Assembly: GCA_023819375.1 (NCBI GenBank)
Contig: JAMWDI010000005.1
Coordinates: 130,715-194,714 of the forward strand
DNA: 64,000 bases
DNA from: Candidatus Omnitrophota bacterium
GTDB taxonomy: Bacteria > Ratteibacteria > UBA8468 > B48-G9 > JAFGKM01
Reading direction: 5' to 3'
This document shows, piece after piece, positions 17,444 through 25,653 of this stretch; position 1 is the first letter of the stretch, and every line of letters begins with the position of its first letter. Made by a program: the position numbers and the translations under genes. The notes beneath the pieces are model-generated. The model was not told the origin of the DNA. It saw only the letters and a list, made by a program, of their open reading frames with translations, and ran no database searches.

Positions 17444-18784
17444 ATGAAACAAAAAATAAAACAATTTTTTTTATGGCTTCCACTGGTTCTTATTGGAGGG
17501 TTATTAATCATAGGACTTGTTTATGTATTAAAAGAAAACTTTTTGGGGACATCAATTTCAATAGGTTTCGTTGTTTTTAGTTATGCAATAGCAATAGTTA
17601 TGCCCGAGATAATAGAAGAACTTTCTCGGCCAACAAAAATTACTCTTGGTATAATAATTAGCCTATCTCTTACAGGAATAGGAGTTTTGTATTTACAAGA
17701 AAAATTTTTAGTTTTAATAGGATGCACTCTCGGGTTGTTAATGATAAGAAAAGTGTTGTTAGTGATAGGGAAAAACATACAAGCAATAAACGCAAAAATA
17801 AAGGAGGCAAACCCCAAAATTAAACAATGGTTGAAGAATATCTTTTTGCTAATAGGTATTATGACAAGGGAAAATATTTTTAAAAGAAATTTTACACACT
17901 CTAAAGAAACAGAAATGAAATGGGATGTTAAAGAATTATTTAAAATTGTGAATAAATCGGAGTTAAAATATAAAATACATGGAATAGTAGCAGTAGTTTA
18001 TATTTTGTTTTTAACTCTTTTCTTTAATATTCTCGATAACAAAATTCTCCATAATAGTTCATTCTGGTGGATTAGCATTTTATTTTTGGGAATATTTGTT
18101 TTAATAGGATTTATCCATACATTACTTGACACAATATCATGGCATGGAGTAAAAAATGGATTATTAAAATTTTTTGTTTATTACCCTCTTGTATTAGGAA
18201 TATGTCTGTTTCTACACGGAAGAGTAACAGAAATAACTATTGATGGAGAAATAATAGAACCAGAAGAAAATGACAAAATACCAGTGTCTGATGTAGGAAA
18301 GTTAATATTGCTTATGTATGGTTTGTTTATCTTTTATAGAGCAATTACCTTTTTTGTTTGGTGGGGAGAGCGCAAACAAGTTATAAATTGTTTAAAAAAA
18401 ACAATAATAGAACTATATCAATTTTTGACTAAATCATATAACTCAAAAAAAGAAATAATAAAAAATATAGAAGAGTTTCATCAAAAATTACAACATTGCC
18501 CTTTACCAACAATAGATACCTTGGTTAAGAAAGAAATAGCCAAATTTTATCTCCGTATTTTTGAATTCAGTGAAAGATTAAAAGAAATTATGGAGACATC
18601 TGACAAAAGGTTTATAAAAAATAAAAATGGAGTATTAACGATAGTTTATGGTGATGAAGAATATTCACTGGGATACCTATGTGAACCATATGTTAAAGAA
18701 ATAAAAGAAAATATAAAAAAATTAATGAAGACATATAGAATATCTAAATACGACATTGACATTCCTATGGTAAATTTTGAATAA
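17444..18784 (+). CDS. polytopic membrane protein (~8 predicted TM helices) with ~150-aa C-terminal soluble domain; unknown function (cargo of element)
   Basis: 446-aa ORF. Multiple long hydrophobic segments in the N-terminal 300 aa, charged C-terminal domain. No recognisable family. Confidence 0.45.
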   Translation: MKQKIKQFFLWLPLVLIGGLLIIGLVYVLKENFLGTSISIGFVVFSYAIAIVMPEIIEELSRPTKITLGIIISLSLTGIGVLYLQEKFLVLIGCTLGLLMIRKVLLVIGKNIQAINAKIKEANPKIKQWLKNIFLLIGIMTRENIFKRNFTHSKETEMKWDVKELFKIVNKSELKYKIHGIVAVVYILFLTLFFNILDNKILHNSSFWWISILFLGIFVLIGFIHTLLDTISWHGVKNGLLKFFVYYPLVLGICLFLHGRVTEITIDGEIIEPEENDKIPVSDVGKLILLMYGLFIFYRAITFFVWWGERKQVINCLKKTIIELYQFLTKSYNSKKEIIKNIEEFHQKLQHCPLPTIDTLVKKEIAKFYLRIFEFSERLKEIMETSDKRFIKNKNGVLTIVYGDEEYSLGYLCEPYVKEIKENIKKLMKTYRISKYDIDIPMVNFE

Positions 18785-19114
18785 AAACATGTTCCTTAAA
18801 ATAATAATATGGTTAAAAAATAATTGGTTTAAGGTTATAGTAATATTTCTTTTATTAAAAGCAGTAGGGGAAAATCCTTATTCATATTATCAATTTTTAA
18901 GATGGGTTGTTTCTCTTTCCAGTGGTTATTTGACTTATTCTTTTTTTCCTCAAAAAGATATGTCTGGGTTTGGATATTTGGTTTGATAACCATTTTATTC
19001 AATCCTGTGGAACCTTTTCATTTTTCAAAAGAAACCTGGCATATTTTAGATGTCATTGTAGTAATGGTTTACTTCTTTGTTCTTATTAAGAGGGAAACAA
19101 AACAACGAAAATGA
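18777..19114 (+). CDS. two overlapping small hydrophobic ORFs (69 and 70 aa; 18777..18986 and 18902..19114), possibly one frameshifted small membrane protein
   Basis: Both are TM-rich small ORFs in adjacent frames directly after the membrane protein gene. Coding status is uncertain. Confidence 0.25.
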
Positions 19115-19721
19115 ATAAGAAAAGAAAATAAATTAAATTTATCTTTAAGTTAGTTTGTGAACTAACTACTACTTTCTGTGGATATTTATAATTAAAACAT
19201 AATTACAACCACAGATGCTTAACTCTACTCCTACTTTGAAATAAAAAAGCAAAATACTATTCAAAATAACCTTCCCTTTATAGGCAAAATAATTTCCCCT
19301 GAAATTTTTCTGTGGGGTCATAACCAGTAGGCAAGGGTGGAAAGTATGGGGATTGGGGGGGTACTCCCCTATTCATATGTAGTAATTTTAATAAAAATGA
19401 ATTTTACTCCTCTATAGGGATATCAATGATTTTAGCGATTTTAACAAGGAAAAAAAGTCAAAAAAAGTAATACATTATATGAAGGGAAAAATAAAAGTGA
19501 AAGTTATTCATTTAGAGTTAATACATTACATAAAGAAAAGATAAAGATGGAAAAAAGATAGTAATTCCAATGAAGCAGAAGTTTTTTGAAAGAATATCAA
19601 TAATTTTGGTAGTTTTGAGGATAAGTTTAAAAGAAGATGATGACCTAAAAAGTAATATATTAATAAAAAAGTAAAAAAGAATGAAGTTTTAAACAAGGGG
19701 AAAAATAGAGAGGGAAAAAAT

Positions 19722-20018
19722 ATGGAAAAAACCTTTAGAACATCAGATTTCTATCTTACTGCTTACCTTCTTTGTAATGGGTTGGATTTCTCTTACGAAA
19801 GAGATGCTGTAAAAAATAAGGTTGTTTTTATTTTTAAGGATAAAGAAAAAGCAGAAAAATTGGTTGAAGATTATTATCGAGACAGGGCAAAAATCTCCCC
19901 AAAAAGGTATGTTGAAGTAATTTACTCTCTAAAAAGTTTTCTTTTTGCCCAAAAGGAGGATGGAAATGGAAATAAAAATAGAAATGAAAAAAATTTTGGG
20001 AGATACACTGCCTCCTAA
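19722..20018 (+). CDS. small phage/satellite-type hypothetical protein (resembles DUF5659-like small proteins)
   Basis: 98-aa ORF with a GGGAAAAAATATG RBS-like context. Sits directly after a 600-bp non-coding control region. The family call is from memory and weak. Confidence 0.35.
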   Translation: MEKTFRTSDFYLTAYLLCNGLDFSYERDAVKNKVVFIFKDKEKAEKLVEDYYRDRAKISPKRYVEVIYSLKSFLFAQKEDGNGNKNRNEKNFGRYTAS

Positions 20019-20562
20019 TGAAATTCTCAAAGTTTTCCCTCAAGGTAGAGAGTATATAACGAATAAATTAACTTATCTCCTTAATAAGCGTCAGCAATTA
20101 TTAAACAGATTTAAACATTTTCTCAAAAGACAAGATTTAAACTTAGTTGAACTTATTCTTATTAGAGATACATTTAAAGAACGTGTAAAAAAGATAAATA
20201 AAGAAATAAGAAGATTAAAAAGGTATTTAACTTCAGAAATTCAAGATACCCACCTTGAAATAGATATTAGAACCATTAAAGAGAGAATTAATATTATAGA
20301 TATCTTTGAAGAGTTGTATCCAGATGCCAAACTTTATAAAACCAGTCGGACCGTCTATACTAACTGTCCTTTTCACGACGACAGACATCCATCCTTTCAC
20401 ATTTACCCTAAAACTTGCACCTTTTATTGTTATGGATGCGGTGTTAAAGGAGATGTGGTTGATTTAGTTAAGTTATCAAAAGGTTTGACTTTTAAAGAAG
20501 CAGTGTTTTTTTTGAAAAATCTTATAAAAGGAGGAAGATATGAAGAGGAAATTTTTAAATGA
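19945..20562 (+). CDS. CHC2-type zinc-finger protein (DnaG/P4-alpha primase-like zinc-binding domain), coiled-coil N-terminus
   Basis: C-terminal motif CPFHDDRHPSFHIYPKTCTFYCYGCGVKGDVVDLV = CxxH(x17)CxxC zinc ribbon of bacterial/phage primases. The true start is probably downstream of 19945 (MEMEIKI.. or MKKILG..). Confidence 0.55.
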   Translation: MPKRRMEMEIKIEMKKILGDTLPPNEILKVFPQGREYITNKLTYLLNKRQQLLNRFKHFLKRQDLNLVELILIRDTFKERVKKINKEIRRLKRYLTSEIQDTHLEIDIRTIKERINIIDIFEELYPDAKLYKTSRTVYTNCPFHDDRHPSFHIYPKTCTFYCYGCGVKGDVVDLVKLSKGLTFKEAVFFLKNLIKGGRYEEEIFK

Positions 20563-22042
20563 AATAGATGAAATTTTATTGAAAGAGAAAAAAGATAGTT
20601 TATCAAAAGAAGAGTTAAAATTATTAGGGTATGAAGACGATGTATATATCCGGGGGGTAGTCAAGGAAAAGTTAGAGAAAAACAAGATAGAACTTACTTC
20701 TCCAACTTTTCCTCAACTCCGGGATGAAATTATAAAATATTACCCTCTTGATGTTAAACTTTTAAAGACACTCCTTGCTGTGTATGTGGCTAATATGTAT
20801 GAAGATGAAACTGAACTACCTGTATGGCTTTTAATCATTGCTCCACCATCTTATGGGAAGACAAAGGCAGTTATACTACTACAAGATTTACCCAATACTT
20901 ATTTTATTTCCGAATTAACACCTCATACCTTCTTATCAGGGGATAAAAATACAGAAAACTCTTTGTTATTTAGGTTACCAAAAAAGGCAGTTTTGATATT
21001 CAAGGACTTTACCACTCTTATGGAACTTCCACCTGAAAAAAGAAGCGTGATATTGGCTCAAATGCGAGAAATCTACGATGGTCAGTACATAAAAGAGTTT
21101 GGCAGTAGCACCACGAAAAAATGGAGTGGTAAAATCGGCATCATTGCTTGTGCTACTACTAACTGGTTTTCCTTCCACCATTCAAAGACGATAATAGGGG
21201 AACGATTTTTATTTTACAGAATTTATTACTCTGACGATGAGTTTAATTCTATTAACCAACAAATTTTGAGTAGAAGAATTGATAAAAATGTAGATGTCCA
21301 CCTAAAAGGGGTGATTAAAGAGTTTATATCAAATCTTAAAGATTATTCTTATGAACTTAATGAACAAGAGAAAAACTATATTATCAAAACAGCAAACTTC
21401 ATTGCCAAGGCAAGATGTGCAGTAGTAAGAGATGGCTACAAAAAAGAAATAATTAACATACCAGAACCTGAAGCACCTTTTAGGATAGTACAACAATTAA
21501 GATTGTTTTATTCAAAACTGCAAACTATTGATAATAACATAGAAGATAATTTAGATGTTATAAAGAAAGTGATTTTAAGTAGTATATCAGAAGAGAGAAG
21601 AAAAGTAATTGAATTCTTACTTACAAGAGAAGAAGCGGATTTTCAAGAGATAAGGCAGGTAGTTAACATCTCTGACAGCACTTTAAGAAGGACGTTGGAG
21701 GACCTAGATGTATTGGGAGTTGTTAACAAAGAGAGTAGGGGCAAGGATTACTGGCACCTTAAAGGGGAATACAAAGAAATTTTTGTCCAAGGAAAAATTG
21801 AAAACCCCACTCCCATAAAGGATTTTGCCTGTTTTTCCTTCACTCACCACCCCCCATACCAGATGGTAGAAAAAATATACGAGGAATACTCTAAAAAGGG
21901 AGAAAAAGCAAAATTTTTACAGCGTTTTCAGAATTATTTAGGAGTTAATGCTTTAGAAGAGTTGGATAAAATACCCATTGAAGATTTAAAACACTTTATC
22001 AATGAAATGACGAATTTTTGGATAAAGGTTGATTTAAAATAA
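20540..22042 (+). CDS. replication-associated P-loop NTPase (SF3 helicase / DUF3987-like) with C-terminal winged-helix DNA-binding domain
   Basis: Walker A LLIIAPPSYGKTKA, Walker B-like AVLIFKDFT, sensor-like GIIACATTN. C-terminal wHTH-like segment (RKVIEFLLTREEADFQEIRQVVNISDSTLRRTLEDLDVLGVV). Overlaps the zinc-finger gene upstream. Confidence 0.5.
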   Translation: MKRKFLNEIDEILLKEKKDSLSKEELKLLGYEDDVYIRGVVKEKLEKNKIELTSPTFPQLRDEIIKYYPLDVKLLKTLLAVYVANMYEDETELPVWLLIIAPPSYGKTKAVILLQDLPNTYFISELTPHTFLSGDKNTENSLLFRLPKKAVLIFKDFTTLMELPPEKRSVILAQMREIYDGQYIKEFGSSTTKKWSGKIGIIACATTNWFSFHHSKTIIGERFLFYRIYYSDDEFNSINQQILSRRIDKNVDVHLKGVIKEFISNLKDYSYELNEQEKNYIIKTANFIAKARCAVVRDGYKKEIINIPEPEAPFRIVQQLRLFYSKLQTIDNNIEDNLDVIKKVILSSISEERRKVIEFLLTREEADFQEIRQVVNISDSTLRRTLEDLDVLGVVNKESRGKDYWHLKGEYKEIFVQGKIENPTPIKDFACFSFTHHPPYQMVEKIYEEYSKKGEKAKFLQRFQNYLGVNALEELDKIPIEDLKHFINEMTNFWIKVDLK

Positions 22043-22053
22043 GGAGGTATAAG

Positions 22054-22473
22054 ATGAAAGTTTTAACTCCTATAGAAGCGATTAAAAAAAGATGTAAAGA
22101 ATGTCTGGGATATGAACAAGACCCAAAAGAATGTAATGGGAAAGAGACAGAGGGACTTATAGGAACACAGGAAGACATTATAGGCAGGAATTATGAATGT
22201 CCTCTATATCTCTATAGGACAGGAAATAGACCATTAAAGGAAGAGAAGTCAAGATTGAAAGAGTTAAATATTAAGATATTGTCTCCTATTAAAGCCATTA
22301 AGGAATATTGTTTAAGATGCTGTAATGGAGATAGGAAGTATTTAAAGAATTGTCCAAGCCAAGATTGTCCTTTATGGGAATATAGGTTAGGTAAAAATCC
22401 TCATTTAAAAGGAAAAAGAAAAAAACCCATAGGGTTAAGACCTATTAAAATAGGGGTAAAAAATGGTAGTTGA
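22054..22473 (+). CDS. tandem zinc-ribbon protein (two ~45-aa repeats: [LS]PI.AIK..C..C...(n)C.(n)C(P)L(Y/W).YR.G.NP)
   Basis: Internal duplication visible in the translation (LTPIEAIKKRCKECLG..YECPLYLYRTGNRP / LSPIKAIKEYCLRCCNG..QDCPLWEYRLGKNP). AGGAGG RBS. Basic C-terminal tail. Confidence 0.5.
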   Translation: MKVLTPIEAIKKRCKECLGYEQDPKECNGKETEGLIGTQEDIIGRNYECPLYLYRTGNRPLKEEKSRLKELNIKILSPIKAIKEYCLRCCNGDRKYLKNCPSQDCPLWEYRLGKNPHLKGKRKKPIGLRPIKIGVKNGS

Positions 22474-22563
22474 TGTGGGATTTTTTAAAAAATTAGACAC
22501 GATTTTTATCTGGTTAATAGTTTTATACTACCTAATAAAAAACAAAGGGATTTTTTTAAAAAA

Positions 22564-22788
22564 ATGAGTAATGAAATTAGAAAAAGATTACTAACAATTA
22601 AGGAAGCCAGTGAATATCTCGGAATATCAGTTAGAGGACTTTACTTAATGGTTTATAGAAGACAGATACCATTTGTTAAACTTGGAGGGAAAATAAGATT
22701 TGATGTTAAAAAACTTGATGAATGGATAGAGAAAAACACTATACCATCAGCAGAAGATTTGATTGAAAAAAAGATTATGTTAAAATAG
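22564..22788 (+). CDS. xis: excisionase / AlpA-Xis family HTH DNA-binding protein
   Basis: 74 aa. LTIKEASEYLGISVRGLYLMVYRRQIPFVKLGGKIRF is the MerR-like excisionase HTH pattern. Immediately upstream of the integrase. Confidence 0.7.
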   Translation: MSNEIRKRLLTIKEASEYLGISVRGLYLMVYRRQIPFVKLGGKIRFDVKKLDEWIEKNTIPSAEDLIEKKIMLK

Positions 22789-22794
22789 AATAAA

Positions 22795-23889
22795 ATGGGA
22801 AGAGTATTTCAAATAGGGAAAACTTGGTATATTGATGTATCCTATAAGGGGAAGAGAATAAGAGAAGCAGTTGGTAAAGATAAAAAACTTGCCATTACTA
22901 TACTAAAGAAAAAAGAGATTGAACTTATTGAGAACAGACATCTGGATATAAAAAGAAATGCAAAGGTTAAATTTTCTGATTTTTCAACGTACTTTCTTAA
23001 TACATACTCAAAAGTAAATAAAAAAAGTTGGAAGAGAGACCAATTAAGCATAAACCATTTAAATAAGTTTTTTGGTAGTAAATTTCTATATGAGATAACA
23101 AGTAAAGACATAGAAGAATATAAGAAAAAACGATTAGAAACAGGAATAAAAACATCTACCCTTAATAGGGAACTTGCTTGTTTAAAAACAATACTAAATA
23201 AAGCAGTAGAATGGGAATATTTAAAAGAGACACCACCAAAGATAAAACTATTTAAGGAAAATAACCAGAGAGTAAGATATTTAACAGAAAATGAAGCAAA
23301 AACTTTAATAGATTTATCCCCAGAACCATTAAAGGGTATAATAATAATTGCATTAAATACAGGTATGAGACAAGGAGAAATATTAAATCTTAAATGGAAA
23401 GATATTGATTTTAAGGAGAAAATAATTACCATATGGGATACAAAGAGCAAAGAAAAAAGATATATACCTATAAATGAGATTGTTTATAACACATTACTAA
23501 ATATTGATAGAAATCCAGAAAGTGAATATGTATTTTATGGAGAAGACCCTAAAAAACCTATTTCAGGAAGTTATATAACACATTCATTTAACAGGATAGT
23601 AAAAAAAGCAGGGATAAAAGATTTTAGATTTCACGATTTAAGACATACATTTGCAAGTTGGCTTGTAATGAAAGGAGTAAACTTGAAAACTATACAGGAA
23701 TTACTTGGACATAAAGACCAAAGAATGACGTTAAGATATTCACATTTATCCCCTGAAGTAAAAAAAGAAGCAGTGGAAATTCTATCAGAGAATTTTAATT
23801 TTGGCAAAAATACGGCAAAAGTCAATTTTAACAAAAATAAAAAAATTGTTAAAACCATTGATAGACAAAGGATTGGAGGGGTAGCATAG
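22795..23889 (+). CDS. int: tyrosine-type site-specific integrase
   Basis: N-terminal SAM-like/arm-binding region. Catalytic box HDLRHTFASWLVMKGVNLKTIQELLGHKDQRMTLRYSHL carries the R..H..R..Y tetrad. The 3' end overlaps the 5' end of tRNA-Ser by 15 nt. Confidence 0.85.
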   Translation: MGRVFQIGKTWYIDVSYKGKRIREAVGKDKKLAITILKKKEIELIENRHLDIKRNAKVKFSDFSTYFLNTYSKVNKKSWKRDQLSINHLNKFFGSKFLYEITSKDIEEYKKKRLETGIKTSTLNRELACLKTILNKAVEWEYLKETPPKIKLFKENNQRVRYLTENEAKTLIDLSPEPLKGIIIIALNTGMRQGEILNLKWKDIDFKEKIITIWDTKSKEKRYIPINEIVYNTLLNIDRNPESEYVFYGEDPKKPISGSYITHSFNRIVKKAGIKDFRFHDLRHTFASWLVMKGVNLKTIQELLGHKDQRMTLRYSHLSPEVKKEAVEILSENFNFGKNTAKVNFNKNKKIVKTIDRQRIGGVA

Positions 23890-23965
23890 TGGTCTAATGC
23901 GGCGGATTGCTAATCCGTTGGTCGGTCGAAAGGCCGGCCCGTGGGTTCGAATCCCACCCCCTCCG
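23875..23965 (+). tRNA. tRNA-Ser (anticodon GCU), class II with long variable arm
   Basis: Manual fold. Acceptor GGAGGGG/CCCCTCC; D-stem GCAT/ATGC; anticodon stem GCGGA/TCCGT with loop TTGCTAA; long variable arm; T-arm GTGGG-TTCGAAT-CCCAC; discriminator G. Confidence 0.85.
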
Positions 23966-23986
23966 CCGGAGCCCCGTCCTCCGAAG

Positions 23987-24583
23987 TTAAGAGAAATAAG
24001 GGAGATGCCATTTAAATTTTATAGCCAATAATCTTGTTAAAAAAACTATCAAAACACATACCAGTCCAGATATAGAAGATGAAAATCCAAAGATGATGAA
24101 AAGATAGAAAAAGAAACCTCCTAAAATAGAACAACTTGCATAAAATTCTTTACATAAAACAAGTGGAACATCTCCAGAAAGCAAATCCCTCATAATCCCT
24201 CCACCTATTGCAGTTGAAAGTCCAAGAAGTATAATACCTATTAAACTAAGACCATTCTCATAAGCAATAATACAACCAGTAGAAGTAAATGCAGATAATC
24301 CAATAGCATCTGATATTAAAAAAATTTTCTCTATAATTGGGGTTGTTTTTTTTCTTAATAAAATACCTATTAAGATGCCAAGAAGAGAAAATCCAATGTA
24401 GGAAGGTTCTGTAAGCATTTTTGGCAATTTATTTACAAGAATATCCCTGACAATCCCTCCACCAAGAGCAGTAATACAACCCAAAACTAAAATTCCAAAT
24501 AAATCAAATTCTTTTTGAATTCCTTTAATTGCACCTGAAAAGGAAAAAGTAATAAGACCGATAATATTTAAAAATGAAAACAT
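23987..24583 (-). CDS. UPF0126 / TRIC-type trimeric intracellular cation channel family membrane protein (YadS-like)
   Basis: Two repeats of the GxxxGGGxxRD motif (ALGGGIVRDIL, AIGGGIMRDLL) in a 6-TM protein. Confidence 0.65.
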   Translation of the reverse strand: MFSFLNIIGLITFSFSGAIKGIQKEFDLFGILVLGCITALGGGIVRDILVNKLPKMLTEPSYIGFSLLGILIGILLRKKTTPIIEKIFLISDAIGLSAFTSTGCIIAYENGLSLIGIILLGLSTAIGGGIMRDLLSGDVPLVLCKEFYASCSILGGFFFYLFIIFGFSSSISGLVCVLIVFLTRLLAIKFKWHLPYFS

Positions 24584-24584
24584 T

Positions 24585-25181
24585 TCAGAATGACAATTTA
24601 TTTTTTAGTCGGACAGATGTTTCTATTCTCATAGGAACCATTTTTTTCATGGCAGGATGTGTTGCCTTTCCTATAAGAATTATCCTTACAAGAGTTGTTT
24701 CAGTATTTAATTTTTCATCTATAATATTTCTTCCATTTGCATCATAATATTCAAATCTTGAACCACTTAAAAGATACACTTTTTTATTCAGATCTAAATC
24801 AACATCATTTTGATATAAACTTGTCTCCCCTCTATCTGTATCTTTTATTTTTATTTGATATATTACAGTATTTTTTGCTGTTGAATCAGAAAATACAAGT
24901 GTGTATTTGTCCAAAGAGACAGGTGGGTTTACTTGTGAACATATATTTCCAGCATCTTTTAAACCTAAAACTCCTTTCCTTCCATTTGTTATTATATCTA
25001 TCATCTGACTTAAAACTTCTCCAACTTCATTATAAGCATTTATTATATTTCTTGTCCTTGCTGCTCTTACGTAAAGAAGTGTAATTAAAGTGAAAACAAC
25101 AACAAGGATAGTTAAAGCCACAAGAATTTCAAGAATAGTAAATCCCTTTTTATCCATTTTTGCCCTCTCAATAAAGTCCAT
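24585..25181 (-). CDS. minor (pseudo)pilin with prepilin-type N-terminal domain
   Basis: KKGFTILEILVALTILVVVFTLITLL class III signal + hydrophobic helix. The likely true start is the internal MDKKGF. Confidence 0.6.
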   Translation of the reverse strand: MDFIERAKMDKKGFTILEILVALTILVVVFTLITLLYVRAARTRNIINAYNEVGEVLSQMIDIITNGRKGVLGLKDAGNICSQVNPPVSLDKYTLVFSDSTAKNTVIYQIKIKDTDRGETSLYQNDVDLDLNKKVYLLSGSRFEYYDANGRNIIDEKLNTETTLVRIILIGKATHPAMKKMVPMRIETSVRLKNKLSF

Positions 25182-25653
25182 CCCTTGTTCTATAAATTTT
25201 ATGCTTTAATAATACTTTATTCCCTTTTCTTCTTAAAATATAGATTGTAATTTCTAAAGACATTGCATTATCATACATATTTTCATTAAAATTCTGTATA
25301 AGGTTTCCAGAACCATCTTTTCCTTGAACAAACCTTATAATTCTAAAATCATTTCTATAACTTTCTGGTGTAAAATCGGTATAAGGACAGGGATTATCAT
25401 TTATATATATAATAGATTCTGATTCTACTTCATCTCCAAAATCTCTCTGTCTATCATAATAAATTGGTGGAAAGTCAATATTTTTAACTTCTTCAATTGT
25501 ATATTGTAATAAAGCAGTTGCAATAGTTAATTCATTTGCTTTTTTTATAACATTTAAATTACCTGAAATTATAAGAAGACCTGTTGCAATGACAGCAGCA
25601 ATTAAAAAGATAGAAATCACAACTTCAATTAAAGTTAATCCTTTCTTTACCAT
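25168..25653 (-). CDS. minor (pseudo)pilin with prepilin-type N-terminal domain
   Basis: MVKKGLTLIEVVISIFLIAAV N-terminus. 161 aa. Confidence 0.6.
   Translation of the reverse strand: MVKKGLTLIEVVISIFLIAAVIATGLLIISGNLNVIKKANELTIATALLQYTIEEVKNIDFPPIYYDRQRDFGDEVESESIIYINDNPCPYTDFTPESYRNDFRIIRFVQGKDGSGNLIQNFNENMYDNAMSLEITIYILRRKGNKVLLKHKIYRTRDGLY

Larger units (their letters stand above)
15574..23965 (+). mobile_element. ~8.4 kb integrated element (satellite/PICI-like or integrative plasmid-like) at tRNA-Ser(GCU): attL partial tRNA ... cargo ... replication genes, xis, int, tRNA-Ser
   Basis: Tyrosine integrase and AlpA/Xis-like gene immediately 5' of the tRNA. Direct repeat of the tRNA 5' half at the far end. 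Internal CHC2 zinc-finger/primase-like and P-loop replication proteins, a TA module and a structured repeat array. No capsid, terminase or tail genes. Confidence 0.65.

Noticed and set aside
22842-23450. 202-aa ORF on the minus strand inside the integrase gene (and similar antisense ORFs such as 355..537, 2626..2808, 3392..3643, 4010..4276, 4831..5418, 10577..10828, 14464..14709, 24737..25084, 33847..33059, 35085..36276, 41437..41765, 48249..48661, 52662..54468, 54643..55068, 57056..57538, 62690..63291)
   Set aside because: All lie antisense to, or out of frame within, strongly supported genes with clear family motifs. They have low-complexity F/L/I/K-rich composition typical of AT-rich antisense frames and no RBS support.
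15574-23965. Complete prophage
   Set aside because: No terminase, portal, capsid, tail or lysis genes are present. Content (int, xis, primase-like Zn finger, rep-like NTPase, TA) fits a satellite/integrative element instead.
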